A stretch of DNA of 64,000 nucleotides. It comes from Eledone cirrhosa (Eukaryota). The position numbers and the translations under genes were made by a program. Positions within the stretch are counted from its first letter, which is position 1. Each line of letters starts with the position of its first letter. A model generated the notes under the pieces. That model searched no databases. It was not told where the DNA came from and worked only from the letters and a program-made list of their open reading frames with translations. Shown here piece by piece: positions 1 to 14,187 of the stretch. The DNA is taken from the NCBI GenBank assembly GCA_964016885.1, contig OZ024741.1:30194001-30258000 (forward strand), read 5' to 3'.

Positions 1-205
1 GTAAAATGCTGAATTTTTCAATATAAGGAACCTGGTCTTTGTTTTTACTTCATTGTTTTTATTAATTTATCTTGACTTTGTTTTCCTAGGATTTTTATCG
101 TTAATTATTGAATGCATGTTCTCTTTTCAGGATATCTTCTATATTTGGATTATAATGAGTTCTTCATACGGATTGGACACTACCGTTTATTTTTCTAGAT
201 TCATC

Positions 206-707
<502 letters not shown>

Positions 708-1028
708 ATAAGATCAAAAGATGGTTAAAGGAGTTCCATGTATTTTATTATGCGCATTTCAAAAACAAACATCATCATGCAATAATATTTGTGTTTTCAT
801 CAGATAAAACAGGAGAACATGATATGAAGGCTAAAAAACACTTGTGGATAGTGCAGTTTTAAATCAACATATCCATAACTGCACTATCCACAAGTGTTTT
901 TTAGTCTTCATATCATGTTCTCCTGTTTTATCTGATGAAAACACAAATATTATTGCATGGTGATGTTTGTTTTTGAAATGCGCATAATAAAATACATGGA
1001 ACTCCTTTAACCATCTTTTGATCTTATA
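708..1028. mobile_element. Fold-back (inverted) Penelope pLTR-like unit, ~150-bp arms with an 18-nt spacer
   Basis: 708-858 is the near-exact reverse complement of 877-1028; lies between (TA)n tracts; each arm has a hammerhead motif. Confidence 0.85.
926..992 (+). ncRNA. Minimal type-I hammerhead ribozyme motif (mirror copy on - at 743-809)
   Basis: ttttat-CTGATGA-[stem II acaaatattat/gtgatgtttgt]-GAAA-tgcgca-TA-ataaaa. Confidence 0.8.
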
Positions 1029-1115
1029 TTATGCATACTCCAGTCCTACAAACTGTAGAGTGCTTCTTATCCGATATCTGCATTGCTTTATTGTACAACA
1101 ATAAAACTCACCTCC

Positions 1116-1182
<67 letters not shown>

Positions 1183-2424
1183 GTAGATATATATATAATA
1201 TTTAATACATCAACAGAGAAAGCTTTAAGTAATACTCCGACTGACTTCCGTCTCACTCAATAAACACTAGGATATACCTTAGTATAATCCCAATCATACG
1301 TTTGGGGTGCTAACTATATGTATTTTACGGATAGCCAGTTGTATTATTTTATATGAGACATAATTAAATTCACCCCTCTTTCCAAAATGATCGTTTCATT
1401 ATAAGTTTTCTACAAGTTGGGAAACAAATGTCCAGGTTATGTAGAAGCTTACACATAATATATAGGAATATATGCAGGTGGGCACTTATAAATCATGAGT
1501 GGATGCCCAACAATATCGATATAAAAAAAAACCCTACCGATATTAACATTCAGCGATGGTACCCGCCAGTGTTAGAGTGACCGCCAAATTTGAAATTCCA
1601 GCAGTCTCCCAATGAGAAATCTCACACCTTCACCGAGCGGGAAGGGGAGGTCATCGCAAAACATAAAAGGATAAAATAATATGCACGCAGGTCAATTAAT
1701 AATGTCAAGAATTTTAACCATTCGTGAAGAACTCAATTGGATATAATATATATATATATATATATATATAATTCCATGCTAAGATGCAGTCTTTTTACGC
1801 TTAGGGATATATAACTTGGTCTCCTCTATTCAACTATGTAGTACTTTTGGATGATGTGTTTTGATAATACTTCAATATATATTTGCTTTTTTACTTTGAT
1901 GATTCTATTTAGTCAACATTAACTCCTTTGGACTGTTTGGAAATTAATAATTATTATTATGACTGGATTACTTAGTCGAACCTTTTTTAAATGCATTATT
2001 AAAAATATTTGTTTGAGATATATCTTTAAATTTATATTTGAATTATATGCCTTTTATTATTAACTGTATTAATACTTTTTACTACTTATGATATATATTT
2101 TTTAACTATACTTAACCCTTCTGTAGCAGCATATATTATAATTTTTATGTTTTTTAAAATATTTTTTAATTTTTAATTTTTAATGCTTTTATTTGCTCCT
2201 AATTTTATTGCACATATAATCTTCATATGCTTCTTCCCCCTCTGTTATCTTAAATAAATGTTGATACGTATGCTTGTCTTGACTCCCATATTATGTATCC
2301 TCCTAATCTTCTTGTGACAAAGTTCTGATATATATGTGTTAGACCTTTATTATCTACTCCGATGTAACGATCATGATTAAATGTTTTAAACACTATATGA
2401 TTGTCATTTTCATTATATATACAT

Positions 2425-2635
2425 ATATAGTAATAATAATAAATTTGAAGACTAAAACCCAAAGAGTGCTCGATAAGGATAAATATATATCAAATATATA
2501 AGAACCGTAGAGCAAATATTTATTAAAATAACAGATTAAAGTTTAAGCAAAGAATCGGTGCTTTCACCCTTAACGTTTGAGAAGATCCTGTTAAGGGTGA
2601 AAGCAGCGATTCTTTGCTTAAACTTTAATCTGTTA

Positions 2636-2643
<8 letters not shown>
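2425..2643. mobile_element. Solo pLTR with terminal fold-back, same family as the Penelope-like element at 10272-12590 (others at 56065-56133, 57958-58197)
   Basis: Arms 2521-2575 / 2589-2643; shares gaatcgctgctttcacccttaacg-like text with 10305-10330 and 57992-58016. Confidence 0.75.
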
Positions 2644-2702
<59 letters not shown>

Positions 2703-3044
2703 GTGTGTATGTGTATACGCGTGTCTTTGTTTATGCTTAAACAGACGAATTTATATCTTGACTTTCTTTTTTCATGCTCCTCCCCAACAAATGATATTAC
2801 TACCCTAAATGTAGTTTATGGTGAGATTTAGCTAATTGTTCCTAGAACATCCACTAGAAATTATTTCATGCGTATAAATATGTTCATTTTTACTTATCTG
2901 AGCATTCAAAAGAATGTTGGCACCTTGAGTCCTATGGTTTTGTTGTGGAGATTGTAAAGACAGTTCGTAACTTGATATTTATTTTATTTATATCCAGCTT
3001 ACAACTATTCTGGTTGTAAATTGATTAATTCAATCAGTTCCAAC

Positions 3045-3320
3045 GTGATGGATTTCCGTCGGTTACGACGATGATTGTTCCTGTTGATAGGATCAGCGGA
3101 ACAGCCTGCTCGTAGAATTAATGAGTGATTTCTGGCTGAGCATTCCACAATTACTCGTACCATTAATGTAGATCTCAGTGTGATTCAGCGTGACCCAGAA
3201 TGTGACAGCTGGCCCTTCGAATTACAGGTACAACTCCTTTTTGCCAGCTAAGTGAACTCAAGGACACAATGCGCTGCCGGGAATCGAACCCACGACCTTA
3301 CCAAAGCCACGCGCATTCAA
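3045..3320 (-). mobile_element. Degenerate tRNA-derived SINE
   Basis: Minus-strand B-box GGTTCGATTCCC followed by tgtgtccttgag; similar head architecture to 5246-5520. Confidence 0.55.
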
Positions 3321-3365
3321 TATTCAATATAGGTCTTTGTCAAATATAAATGTATTCCAAAATAT

Positions 3366-3820
3366 ATGTATGAGAAGTGTGTTGCTCCACGCCAGCGAGA
3401 CATTCTGAATCGGCTCAGAAGAAATGACAGAGATATGATCCGCTGGATGTGCGGTGTGACCACTCCGGATGATGTCAGCTCAACTGAGCTCCTGAAAACA
3501 CTGCTGATCGATGACCTCGAGGATATGCATCACATGAGACGCATGTGCTGGTACGGCCTTGTCAAGCGCAGTAAGGGCTGGATCAGCAAAGTGATGAATG
3601 TCGATCCAGGAGGCAGTAGAGGCCAGGAAGACCAAAAGAAAACTTGGATGGAGGCTGTCTTCGGGATCAAGGCAGGCATGGCCTTGCCAAAGTGAGACCG
3701 GATGACAGAAACACATGGAGCGGGATCTGAAGAAGCGCTGTCAGGCAGGACCGGCCCCCACATAGGTATTAATTGTGTACTGCATAATAATAAAAAAATC
3801 AAACTGAATGATGATGATGA
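3366..3820 (+). mobile_element. 3' fragment of RTE-clade LINE ORF2, decayed
   Basis: RLRRNDRDMIRWMCGV...RRMCWYGLVKR...KKTW resembles RTE C-terminus; ends in (TGA)n. Confidence 0.7.
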
Positions 3821-4376
3821 TTGGTTAGTCGTTATATTTTTTATATCGGCTAATCTTAATATTTGATTGCACTAAATATAGTTTAGAGAGCTCTCTAGTA
3901 TATACCTGTGTAAAGAAGCTTTTTCGTATATATTTCAAGAAATAAATAATATTGTTGTATTACATAGTCTCAGGTCCAAAGATCTGGAGAGTAAGAACAG
4001 TCCATTAGAATAAACTTAGTATTTGACTAGCACTTCATTTTATCTATCGATAAAATTACTTTTCTTGGTGCACTCTATGTAAGATGTTTGATACCTGTGA
4101 ACTTCAATTCACATTTCGGCTCCTCCATCATTTATTGCTACACTGTGCAACTGTATAAAAACTGAGTGAATTCCTATTTCTATTCTTTATATCCGGCAGA
4201 TGATAATTTTGGTTTTGTAGCCTCTCCCAATGCAACCAATTTCCATAAGCACAATTTCAGTTGCAGTAAAAAAAACTTTTTTATTGTAATATATACAGTT
4301 GGTATGTTTTATTGTTAATCTACACGTATATATGTACATACACTTACATATGTTGATACGCATACACACACATATT

Positions 4377-4414
<38 letters not shown>

Positions 4415-4416
<2 letters not shown>

Positions 4417-5120
4417 CAGGAACAGTCTTTGATAGCGCTAGTTTGTGATTTAAATTCAGGAATTTTATATTCTTTGAATGAAAAGAACCTTCTGACGAGA
4501 ATCTCTCTTTGCAACGAAGGCCGTATGGCCTACGTTTTATTTTTGGGATTCGAAACCGATCGGTAAAGGTAACTATAGTAGGTAAAGTCAATTTTTTAAA
4601 ATTTATTTTGAAACTTTTTCATTATTTACTAAACCTTGTTTATATTTGTTCTGGCTCGTTAATTTATTAACCCGCCATTGAACCACACTGGCACTTGGTT
4701 GGACAATACATGCGTACCTTGGCGCCTTGTGCGTGAAAGGACGTATTTCATATTACTACTACCTCCACAAACGTTGAGAACAAACCGGGTCATTCCGACT
4801 GCTGCTGATAACAGCGGTGGCTAGTTTGACCTACCTCCTTTTGCCTCTATCTTTACTACGGCCCTTGATAAACCTGTTCTACATCATCCACTCTCATCCC
4901 AGGAACAGTCTTTGATAGCGCTAGTTTGTGATTTAAATTCAGGAATTTTATATTCTTTGAATGAAAAGAACCTTCTGACGAGAATCTCTCTTTGCAACGA
5001 AGGCCGTATGGCCTACGTTTTATTTTTGGGATTCGAAACCGATCGGTAAAGGTAACTATAGTAGGTAAAGTCAATTTTTTAAAATTTATTTTGAAACTTT
5101 TTCATTATTTACTAAACCTT

Positions 5121-5127
<7 letters not shown>
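4415..5127 (+). mobile_element. Non-autonomous Penelope/retrozyme-like unit: 230-bp direct repeats with a 483-bp period, flanked by (TA)n
   Basis: 4415-4645 appears identical to 4898-5127; each repeat has a hammerhead. Confidence 0.85.
4487..4570 (+). ncRNA. Minimal hammerhead ribozyme motif (second copy 4970-5053)
   Basis: acctt-CTGACGA-gaatctc...gggattc-GAAA-ccgatcgg-TA-aaggt. Confidence 0.88.
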
Positions 5128-5172
<45 letters not shown>

Positions 5173-5245
5173 TTTGTCTGTGTCTGTGTGTATGTCAATA
5201 TGTATGTGTGTGTATATATATATATATATATATTGTGTGTGCGAA

Positions 5246-5520
5246 GACACTTCGCTCAATGGTTAGAGCGTTGGCCTTGTAATCTTGAAGTTGTGTGTTC
5301 AGACCGGGTGATGTGTGGTGTCCTTGAGCAAAACACACTATTTCACGCTGCTTACATTTACTCAGCTGTAGCAATGTGTTGCGGCGTCACAGAAGCCAAG
5401 CTGTATCGGCCATTGTTTTTCCCATAGGAGATTCGAGACTGGCATGCATGGGCAAGTGCTAGTCTTTCACAAGCAATCTATTCCAGACATCTGCCATTGG
5501 TGACCGAAGGTGGTCTTTAC
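5246..5520 (+). mobile_element. Degenerate tRNA-derived SINE
   Basis: A-box-like gctcaatggttagagcg, decayed B-box, central gtgtccttgagcaaaacac. Confidence 0.55.
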
Positions 5521-6053
5521 CGTTTATATATAGAGAAAGGGAGATGCTGTTGTTGACAACTATAGCAGTACTTAGCTGCGTATTCTTAAGTTTAGTGATC
5601 ATATGCTATGAAAGCTGACTCTGCTTTCTAAGAAATGCACTCGAAACAATTTAACTGTAAACATTCCGCCATCTGTTCTTCCGCTTTTAGGTAACTATAA
5701 CCGTCATAACATGGTGGCTACATGGTGGCTATTCTAAGGATAGACATGTCGCTCCTTGTCCTGCCACATCTGATAAACAGGCAAATAACATGATAGGTTT
5801 GGAAGGGCTCAGACATATATAGAATATACTGACATTAAAGCTTTTATTAAATGAAATGATACATGCAATACGTAGGAAAAATTCCGTCTTGTGTCTTTTA
5901 AAGTCAAACTAAAACAAGCAAAGAAGTAAAGAAGTCAATAGAATACAAGCATGTATTGAAAGCTACCTGGTGAAATAAATGAACATAACCAATTCTATTT
6001 GCAAAGCTTAGACATGATAAATACTTATAGAAATAGAGGACATAGAGGTAGTC

Positions 6054-6246
6054 ATAATTGTTTCTACTTTTGGCACAAGGCCAGCAATTATCCCAGTGTA
6101 TTACTGGTACTTTATTTTATCGACCCCGTAAGGATGAAAGGCAAAGTTAACCTCGGCGGCATTTGAACTCAGACCATAAAGAGCCGTAACTCTATGCTGC
6201 AAAGCATGGCGTACGGCCCTCTACCGATACTACCAATCCACCGCCC
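6054..6246 (-). mobile_element. ~190-bp tRNA-derived SINE, the most abundant family in the window
   Basis: Consensus ggcggtggattggcagtatcggtagag...gagttcaaatcccgccgaggttaactttgcctttcatccttacggggtcgataaaataaagtacc...gaaacaattat(tat)n; about 15 copies. Confidence 0.85.
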
Positions 6247-6991
6247 TAGAGGTACTAATAATGAATACGAATAACCTAGCTATAGGAAATCACTGAGAGG
6301 ATGTGTTACACTTGAAACACACATGTAGTAGGGGTATATGTAGTATACTACGTTGTAAACGTTCAGCAAATGAGATTACGGACTGAATTAGTGTAAACAA
6401 AGGGTATATATAATCTAACGACAAGTCACAGAGGATCCAGTTGAAGAGACTTTCAAACCTAAATCCGAGGACGTATGGAAGTAGATACTACTTTAAAAGC
6501 CAAGTAGAATATATGTCTCTCCTGTCTTACATACACAACTCAAGTGGCTTTATTTAGAAGTGAACAGGGTGCTTGCAAACGAGTAGCGTGGCGGTGCAAC
6601 CGATAATAAGTCTAAGAGCAATCTATTTTTGGATGCACGTATTGAAATGTGGATTGCTTACATCACGTCCGTAATATATAACCACTAGCATAGTATATCT
6701 TGCCACAAACAACGTATAATTATATTGAAGCGTCAGAAATTTAGATTCTCGTGAAGGTTATTGCTTTCTCACTGTCAAAATGTCAAAGCCATGGGAAGCG
6801 GCTTCTTTTTAACGATAGTAAGGTATGATTGAAGATAAGGATTTAGCCTATAATTCTGGCAGATCATGAGAACTGATACAGGCTCTTAGGTTAGCTGTTG
6901 TGAGGTAAATATAAGTAAACATAAATGCAATGATGGCCGTACAAGCTGACTTAACCGTAAACTGCATCATCATAGAACTGACAATTACAGT

Positions 6992-7024
<33 letters not shown>

Positions 7025-7068
7025 CAATGATATTAATAAATGGAAACTCTATTTATAAAACCATATTC

Positions 7069-7127
7069 ATTCTATTATATATATTTCAAGGGTACCAAAT
7101 CTTTGGTACGCTCTCATCAGATAAAAT
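7069..7127 (-). ncRNA. Minimal hammerhead ribozyme motif
   Basis: ttttat-CTGATGA-gagcgtaccaaagatttggtaccctt-GAAA-tatata-TA-atagaa, in a segment between (TA)n tracts. Confidence 0.75.
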
Positions 7128-7360
7128 ACAAAGTTTGTTTTATAAATGGTGACATACACATGAATCAAACCTTAACGGTTCATTGATATTATACTCCAGA
7201 AATCTGTCGAGTGCTTCGAATCTGTTATAAATATATTTGTTGAATTACCAACAAATTAAATATCCCTTTGCTTATATATATATATATATATATACATATA
7301 TGTGTATGTGTGTGTGTGTATGTGTGTGTGTGTGATAGACTCCTTATATTACGAGCTACC

Positions 7361-7570
7361 TGGCGGTATTAATTATAGACAGTATCGGTAGAGTGTCGGC
7401 AGTATCGGTAGAGGGACGCCATAGTTTCCAGCATAGTTACGTCCCTTTACGGTCTGAGTTCAAATCCCACCGAGGTTTACTTTGCCTTTCATCCTTACGG
7501 GGTCGATAAAATAAAGTACCAGTAATGTACTGGTTAATTGATGGCCTTGTGCCAAGAGTGGAAACAATTA
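7361..7570 (+). mobile_element. SINE copy (family of 6054-6246)
   Basis: Sequence similarity to the family consensus. Confidence 0.85.
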
Positions 7571-8284
7571 ATTAAATGTTCATTACAGATGGTGTCTGAA
7601 AAAAAAAGATTATTTCATGTTCGATGAAACAGCTTACCTGAGAAATTAGCAATGGCTATGGAACATAAGCTAAATTAATTCGGGGAGAGCATAAACTTAA
7701 AAGCTACGAACAAACCTCACACATTTATGAAAATGAACTCTGCTGCTATATAAACAAAAACTGGTGGTAAATGCATCCAAAGAACTGCTTAAATTTGTGA
7801 AGGAAAAAACCCTGTCAAACTACAAAACATCTAAACATCGTCAATAATATATTCTCAGAATTTAATCAATGTTCAAAACGCAAGGCAAATTAATATCCAG
7901 AATATCCTTGTAAAAAAAGTAAATGTTAATCCAAATGAAATTGGAAGATATACACATTCAATTAGGTGTACTACTAAAGGTCATACCAATTTATGTTTAC
8001 AGAAATATTTTAGGAAAACCGTAAGCCACAAGTTCACTTCAATATCTAGCCACATGAGTTGTGTATGCACGACTGGAGAGAAAACCAAAAGTGACACACA
8101 CCAACAAATGAAAATATGTCACCAATTGGCATATTGCAATATGTGAGGAAAAACTCTCCAAAACCAACACGGATCAAAATGACTCTTTTAAAACCTTCTC
8201 AGAATGACATCGGTTAGTGCAAAAACTAGTAATGTAATCATAACTTTTTCTGAAACGCTACCAATATTAAATATTAAACGGTCC

Positions 8285-8377
<93 letters not shown>

Positions 8378-8661
8378 AATATTAGGATTGGTGCTCTGAA
8401 ATAGCGATGTATACATGAATGTATGCGTAGTATATACAGCTTCTCTCCCTTCTTTTGCCGAAAAAAGAAATAAGTGACATAGTCACTACTTTGAAAATGA
8501 TAGCGCAAGGTCTTCAAAATGTTTTTAATTAAACATACAGTATATTGCCAGATATACTATACATACATTCATATATATATATATATACATAGTTTTAATA
8601 TAGATGAGATTCTACAGGACTAGAACTGTTTCATTCTTTAGAAATCATCAACAATTTGCCA

Positions 8662-8710
8662 GATTCCTGATGATTTCTAAAGAATGAAACAGATCTAGTT
8701 CTGTAGAATC
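8662..8710 (+). ncRNA. Hammerhead motif in the right arm of the 8591-8727 inverted repeat (relatives at 25155-25222, 55690-55780)
   Basis: gattc-CTGATGA-tttctaaagaat-GAAA-cagatctagttctg-TA-gaatc. Confidence 0.75.
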
Positions 8711-9416
8711 TCATCTATATAAAAACTTTTATACTCTGCTATATATTGAGTACCTTACTTACTGTGGTTACCTCCGATTCAACCCGGAATAAATTACCTA
8801 TATATATATATACACATATATATATATATATATCACTTTATTAACAAATACGTCTAAACACTTCTCCCTAAGACGAACCCACAACATACACACGTCAACA
8901 TACATACCTACATCAGCATACATCCTACATACATCTCTATCCGCATATAAACACAATGACATACGTAAACACACATGTACTATGGTGCAACACAAATATA
9001 CACAAATTTGCATACCTTTTGATGTCTATAGATATAAACGTTCCGACACACACACATACATATATGCACACATGCATTGCACACTGATGGGCACATACAT
9101 ATGTGTACACAAGTATTCCAATACGGCAGGGCCTAGTGGATTCCCCTTGCAGTACGTACAATCTGGACACTCACAGATACCTTGGTGTTATGACAATACT
9201 ATATATCATTTCACCCCTTTTATTATTAATGTTTTTGATGTTCTCATGAGAGAATCGTTTTTGCTGAAAATATCGAATAATGTACACCATTTTTACCAGT
9301 ATCACACAAATACTGCTCCACCCCCCACCCCACACTCATACACACATATACACACACTCACATATGTATATATACACACACATACACACGCGTACACTAA
9401 CATACAAAGAGACATA

Positions 9417-9479
<63 letters not shown>

Positions 9480-10196
9480 CTCTGTATAAAACAAGACAAG
9501 AGCTGAAATATATCTTTCAACATGTTAAAATATCCCCACACACGTACAGACACATTCCTACTGACCATTATCACAACAATGAACCACTTTACTACACACA
9601 CACACGCACACATATTTGTCTTAAAAGACTTATTTTTCAGTGACTTCTCAATCAGGCAAAAAAGGACACTCTTCGACAAACCTATATTTGGCGCAAAATC
9701 AATTTTTAACATTCACGTGACCTCTACCGACCAATCAAAATTGTTTTGACCACAAGAATTTTTGCAACACGAATTGGCGCGAAACTTATTTTAATACCTC
9801 TGGAGCTCCTTTTTTCACATAAAGCAGGTAGAATTGCCAAAACTAATCAGATTAGAGCAAACATCACGGGCGCTCTATCTCAAAATTAATTTTAAAAAGC
9901 ATTAGAAATGCGCAACTGATAAAAACTTAAAACTAAAACTGAATATTAACAATTACTTATTACTAATTTTTACTTATTCCGAATTAAACTATTTTTCACT
10001 GGGAACAATTTGTCAGCATTTTCTTTTCCTTTTACCAATATATCACAACTCGTGTGTTACACCTCTCTATATATATATTGAAAAAGTGTTTTCACTATAA
10101 TACACTCTGTGTAGCTCTACACTTCGACACTGAAGTGAAGCTAAACATCGAGTGCACACTCTGGTGAACCTATAGTAACTCCAAGTTACAATCCCT

Positions 10197-10271
<75 letters not shown>

Positions 10272-10278
<7 letters not shown>

Positions 10279-12584
10279 TAAAATAACAGTTTAAATTTAA
10301 GCAAGGAATCGCTGCTTTCACCCTTAACGGGATCTTCTGAAACTAACAAAGTCAAACTGTAAACGCAGAAGTGGATATTTCAAAAAACGTTGCAACAGGA
10401 GGAAGACAGGAAGACGATACTTTGGTTCGTGGTAACGTTCGCTGGCAAAGAACGGGAAAAAACGAATATAATACGTCATTAATAGCAGCGGTGAAAACAA
10501 TTACGCGCAAAGACAGAACCACGTTTATGGTATAAAAGAGGTCGTAGACTAATGTTCTCTTAGGTGGTTCATAGAGACGTTCTCTGGCAATGAAAAAACG
10601 AAGATAATACGTCATATGTGGAGCGTGGAGAACAATAGCACGCAAAGACAAAACCACGTAAATGGTATAGCAGAAGTCGTAGACTAAAATTCTAACTAGC
10701 AGACAGAATGAATCTCCGCTACAGAGTTAAGAACAAAGTATATAAATACAATACAGAAGTAATAGAAATAAATAAATATATCCACGCAAACAAATACGTA
10801 CATACACAAGCATACGCAGAACACTTACCATCGGTATACAAAACCACGCACATATAAATATGTGTGTGTGTATATGCGTGTATACAAATAAATAAATAAT
10901 TATATAAACTCATATAAATAAATAAATACGTCTATAACAAGCGCACACACATACCTACATGTAAATACACGAATGTTTGGAGACGTAAGTTAACCAAAAC
11001 ATGAAGTTCACATATCCTACATACGTACGACCTGCATACTCACACAGACGCAAAACTCCCGTATACACATTGCCAAACCATATGTACCAGAATATATAAA
11101 ATTATACGCCATAACATAAACAATCAAATATACGCACGAGAAGGTATACGTACCTTCACAAAACATACGGGTAAAATATACTTACCTATGCAAATAAGTA
11201 ATGGTATAAACAAAACATACTTAGCTCCCACATCAAGACGTAAAATATCCACGTATAAATTGTACTATCCGTTAGGGTATAACGTGGGACTGTAATACAG
11301 GAAAGTTTTGTGCAATTTATGTGTACAAGCCGAAATTGCCTCAGATTTGTTGTTTAAGATGTGGTCTGTGGCGTAGAGTATTTCCACGGCCTCAGCGGCG
11401 CAGAGGTCACAAGGTCTTTTATTTTTCCGTTATACGATCTAGCCCTAGCTAGGATCTCCCAGTGTAACTTATATTGGGCGTGGTTGTCTTTTAGACTCCA
11501 GATATAAGTTGAAAGTGACGTCATATTCCTTCTTAGAGGGTAACGAAAAGAATGGGTATGCATGTAAAGACGCTGCTTGAATCTATTGGCGGTTAACCCT
11601 ATGTAGGCCCTACGGGACGTGGGTGTTACAACCTTACATTTGTAGACAATGTTACTAGAGAGGCATTTCCCGGATAGGGGGCAATCAACCCTATTCCTAC
11701 AATTACAGTTAGTACTAACTACAGGGTTGCACGTGTTCCTACGGCCAGGTAGTTTAGCTAAATTTGAAGCTGTGATGTTATGTGCAAGGTTAGGAGCCGT
11801 AGAGCAAGACATTTTAATTGTATTTCTATTCAAAATTTTACTATACTTATGTGTGGAGGGAAAATGCTTCGTAATAAGGGAAAGAAAGATCCTAGCTAAT
11901 GGTGTCGCCACCTCCATGTTATATGGTGGGTTATACCAACAAATGCGACGGGATCTATTTCTTCTAGGTCTATTTTAGTACTCTGTATATGCTACCTTAT
12001 CGACAAATCCACTTCGAGCAAGAGCGTCATTGTAATAAGTGGAATGGTCGTTGAAAATACGCTCGTTGGTGGAAAGACGGGAAAGACTCAACGAAACGTT
12101 TCTTGGTTATGCTGTCAGGATGGTTGGAATGCTTACTTATGTAATTAAGCTTATCATTCGGCTTTCTATACGGGTAATACAACCCATTCAATAAATTGAG
12201 GGTAAGGTCGAGGTAATTAACGACCGAGAGATTGGCCTCAACCTGTATAAAGAGGTTGAAGCCTTTAAAGAAGGCTGTGAGTTCTTTTTTGAACCTGTCG
12301 CAAGCACGAGGTCCGCACTTAGTCATGGTCAAAAGACCATCGTCACGGTACAAACCACCGCCCGCGTTGGGGAATTCGTCCTTCATAGCGAAAAGAAGGA
12401 TAAGGCCGATAAGATCAGTAACCTCCGCAGAATCACTGGCGCCCATACTCACGTCGAATGGGGTACTATTGGATATTTTAATCCAAATAGAGTCGTCGAA
12501 ATTAATCACCGACTTTTGGGCATTGTGGATGACATCAACTTATCGAGCTCTCTTTTGATTTTAGTCTTCAAATTTGTATTATTA

Positions 12585-12590
<6 letters not shown>
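10272..12590 (-). mobile_element. 5'-truncated Penelope-like retroelement (Naiad-like), frameshifted RT + GIY-YIG
   Basis: RT MGASDSAEVTDL, YRDDGL, VNYLDLTL, YRKPND (12027-12509); CNCRNRVDC, IVYKC, YIGLT (11354-11917); 3' pLTR at 10272; inverted pLTR tip at 12540-12590; TA flanks. Confidence 0.9.
10294..10344 (-). ncRNA. Variant hammerhead motif (core CAGAAGA) in pLTR
   Basis: agttt-CAGAAGA-tcccgttaagggt-GAAA-gcagcgattccttgc-TT-aaatt. Confidence 0.55.
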
Positions 12591-12649
<59 letters not shown>

Positions 12650-12683
12650 TATATATATATTATATATATATATATATACATAT

Positions 12684-12723
<40 letters not shown>

Positions 12724-12894
12724 TGTATATAGAGTGCATTTTGCAATTCACTGTATGCTTAATTAAAAGCATTTTGAAGACAATACGCTATTGTTTTAAA
12801 GTAGCGACATCGTCTTTTTCTCCCTATGTATATATATATATATATACCTATATATATATATATATTATATATATATACTTAGTATATATATATA

Positions 12895-12949
<55 letters not shown>

Positions 12950-13547
12950 GGGAGAAAAAGACGATTATTAGGAAGAAAAATATTTTATTTTTCTCTCCTA
13001 TTTCTGGGTTAAAAAATGTTTAAAACAAAATATTTTACTTTGTGTGAAGTGTTAAGATATTAGTTAATTTATGTATTAATCAACAATGTCATTTATTTAT
13101 TTATTTATATATTTAATAATTGTCTATTACCGGTTTCAGCAGTGTATGCATTACCAAAGGGGGGAATTTGTATTGGTGTAAAATGTTTCAGAGAAAATAA
13201 TGTAATGTTGAACATGTTAATGAAATGGGGAAAAAAAAAAAAATATTATTTCCAAACTAGGTTTTTGAAGTAAAAAAAAAAAAGAAAAACAGATGGTGAT
13301 GTGGAACATAATAAGGTAATGGTAAAGAAAGTATAATATTATTTACAGGCATAGTTCTTTGACATTATATGAACAACCAACCGGTTGTGGAACCAACCAA
13401 CCAACAGGAAATTCATAATAAATTGGAGTGAAAGCAACCGGTGCGTGTGTTTCTTTTCTTATTGGCAACATGACTCTCCCAAAGTATAACAATATCGGTT
13501 TCAACACACGTTTTGAGATAAAGAATCTTGCTAAACAAATTCAGAAA

Positions 13548-13673
<126 letters not shown>

Positions 13674-13712
13674 CTGTGCATATTTATGTGTATATATATA
13701 TATATATATACA

Positions 13713-14070
13713 CCACATGAGAAACGGAGAATCACTGGTGCGACGAATACATTTTATTAGATTTATTACAATCGTTTCTCTGGCGACGAGCTCGAGGCAC
13801 GATCGATGCAATGATCGAACCAGACTCAGAAATCGCAAAATCCTCAGTTACATCTCGATTCTTCGAAGCAGAGTTTCCAAATTTGGAAACGCTGCTTCGA
13901 CGTTTGGAAACTCTGCTTCGAAGAATCGAGACGTATCGGAGGATCTTGCGATTTCAGAGTCAGGTTCGATCATTGCATCGATCGTGCCTCGAGCTGGTCG
14001 CCAGAGAAACGATTGTAATATGTCTAATAAATGTTATTCGTCGCACCACTGATTCTCCGTTTCTTATGTG
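13713..14070. mobile_element. Fold-back pLTR-like unit, ~168-bp arms, with a long-stem-II hammerhead (13930-14024 +, mirror on -); relative at 27248-27500
   Basis: Arms 13713-13881 / 13902-14070; gacgtat-CGGAGGA (CTGAGGA in the mirror arm)...GAAA-cgattg-TA-atatgtc. Confidence 0.78.
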
Positions 14071-14147
14071 ATATTATACTCTGCTCTGTAAACGCATCGA
14101 ATGGTCAAACGGCCTTCCGCATACGGACGCTTTAAGCATACCACACC

Positions 14148-14187
<40 letters not shown>

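Noticed and set aside
5692-5706. taactataaccgtc resembles an LSU rRNA/I-CeuI site
   Set aside because: Too short, no flanking rRNA similarity
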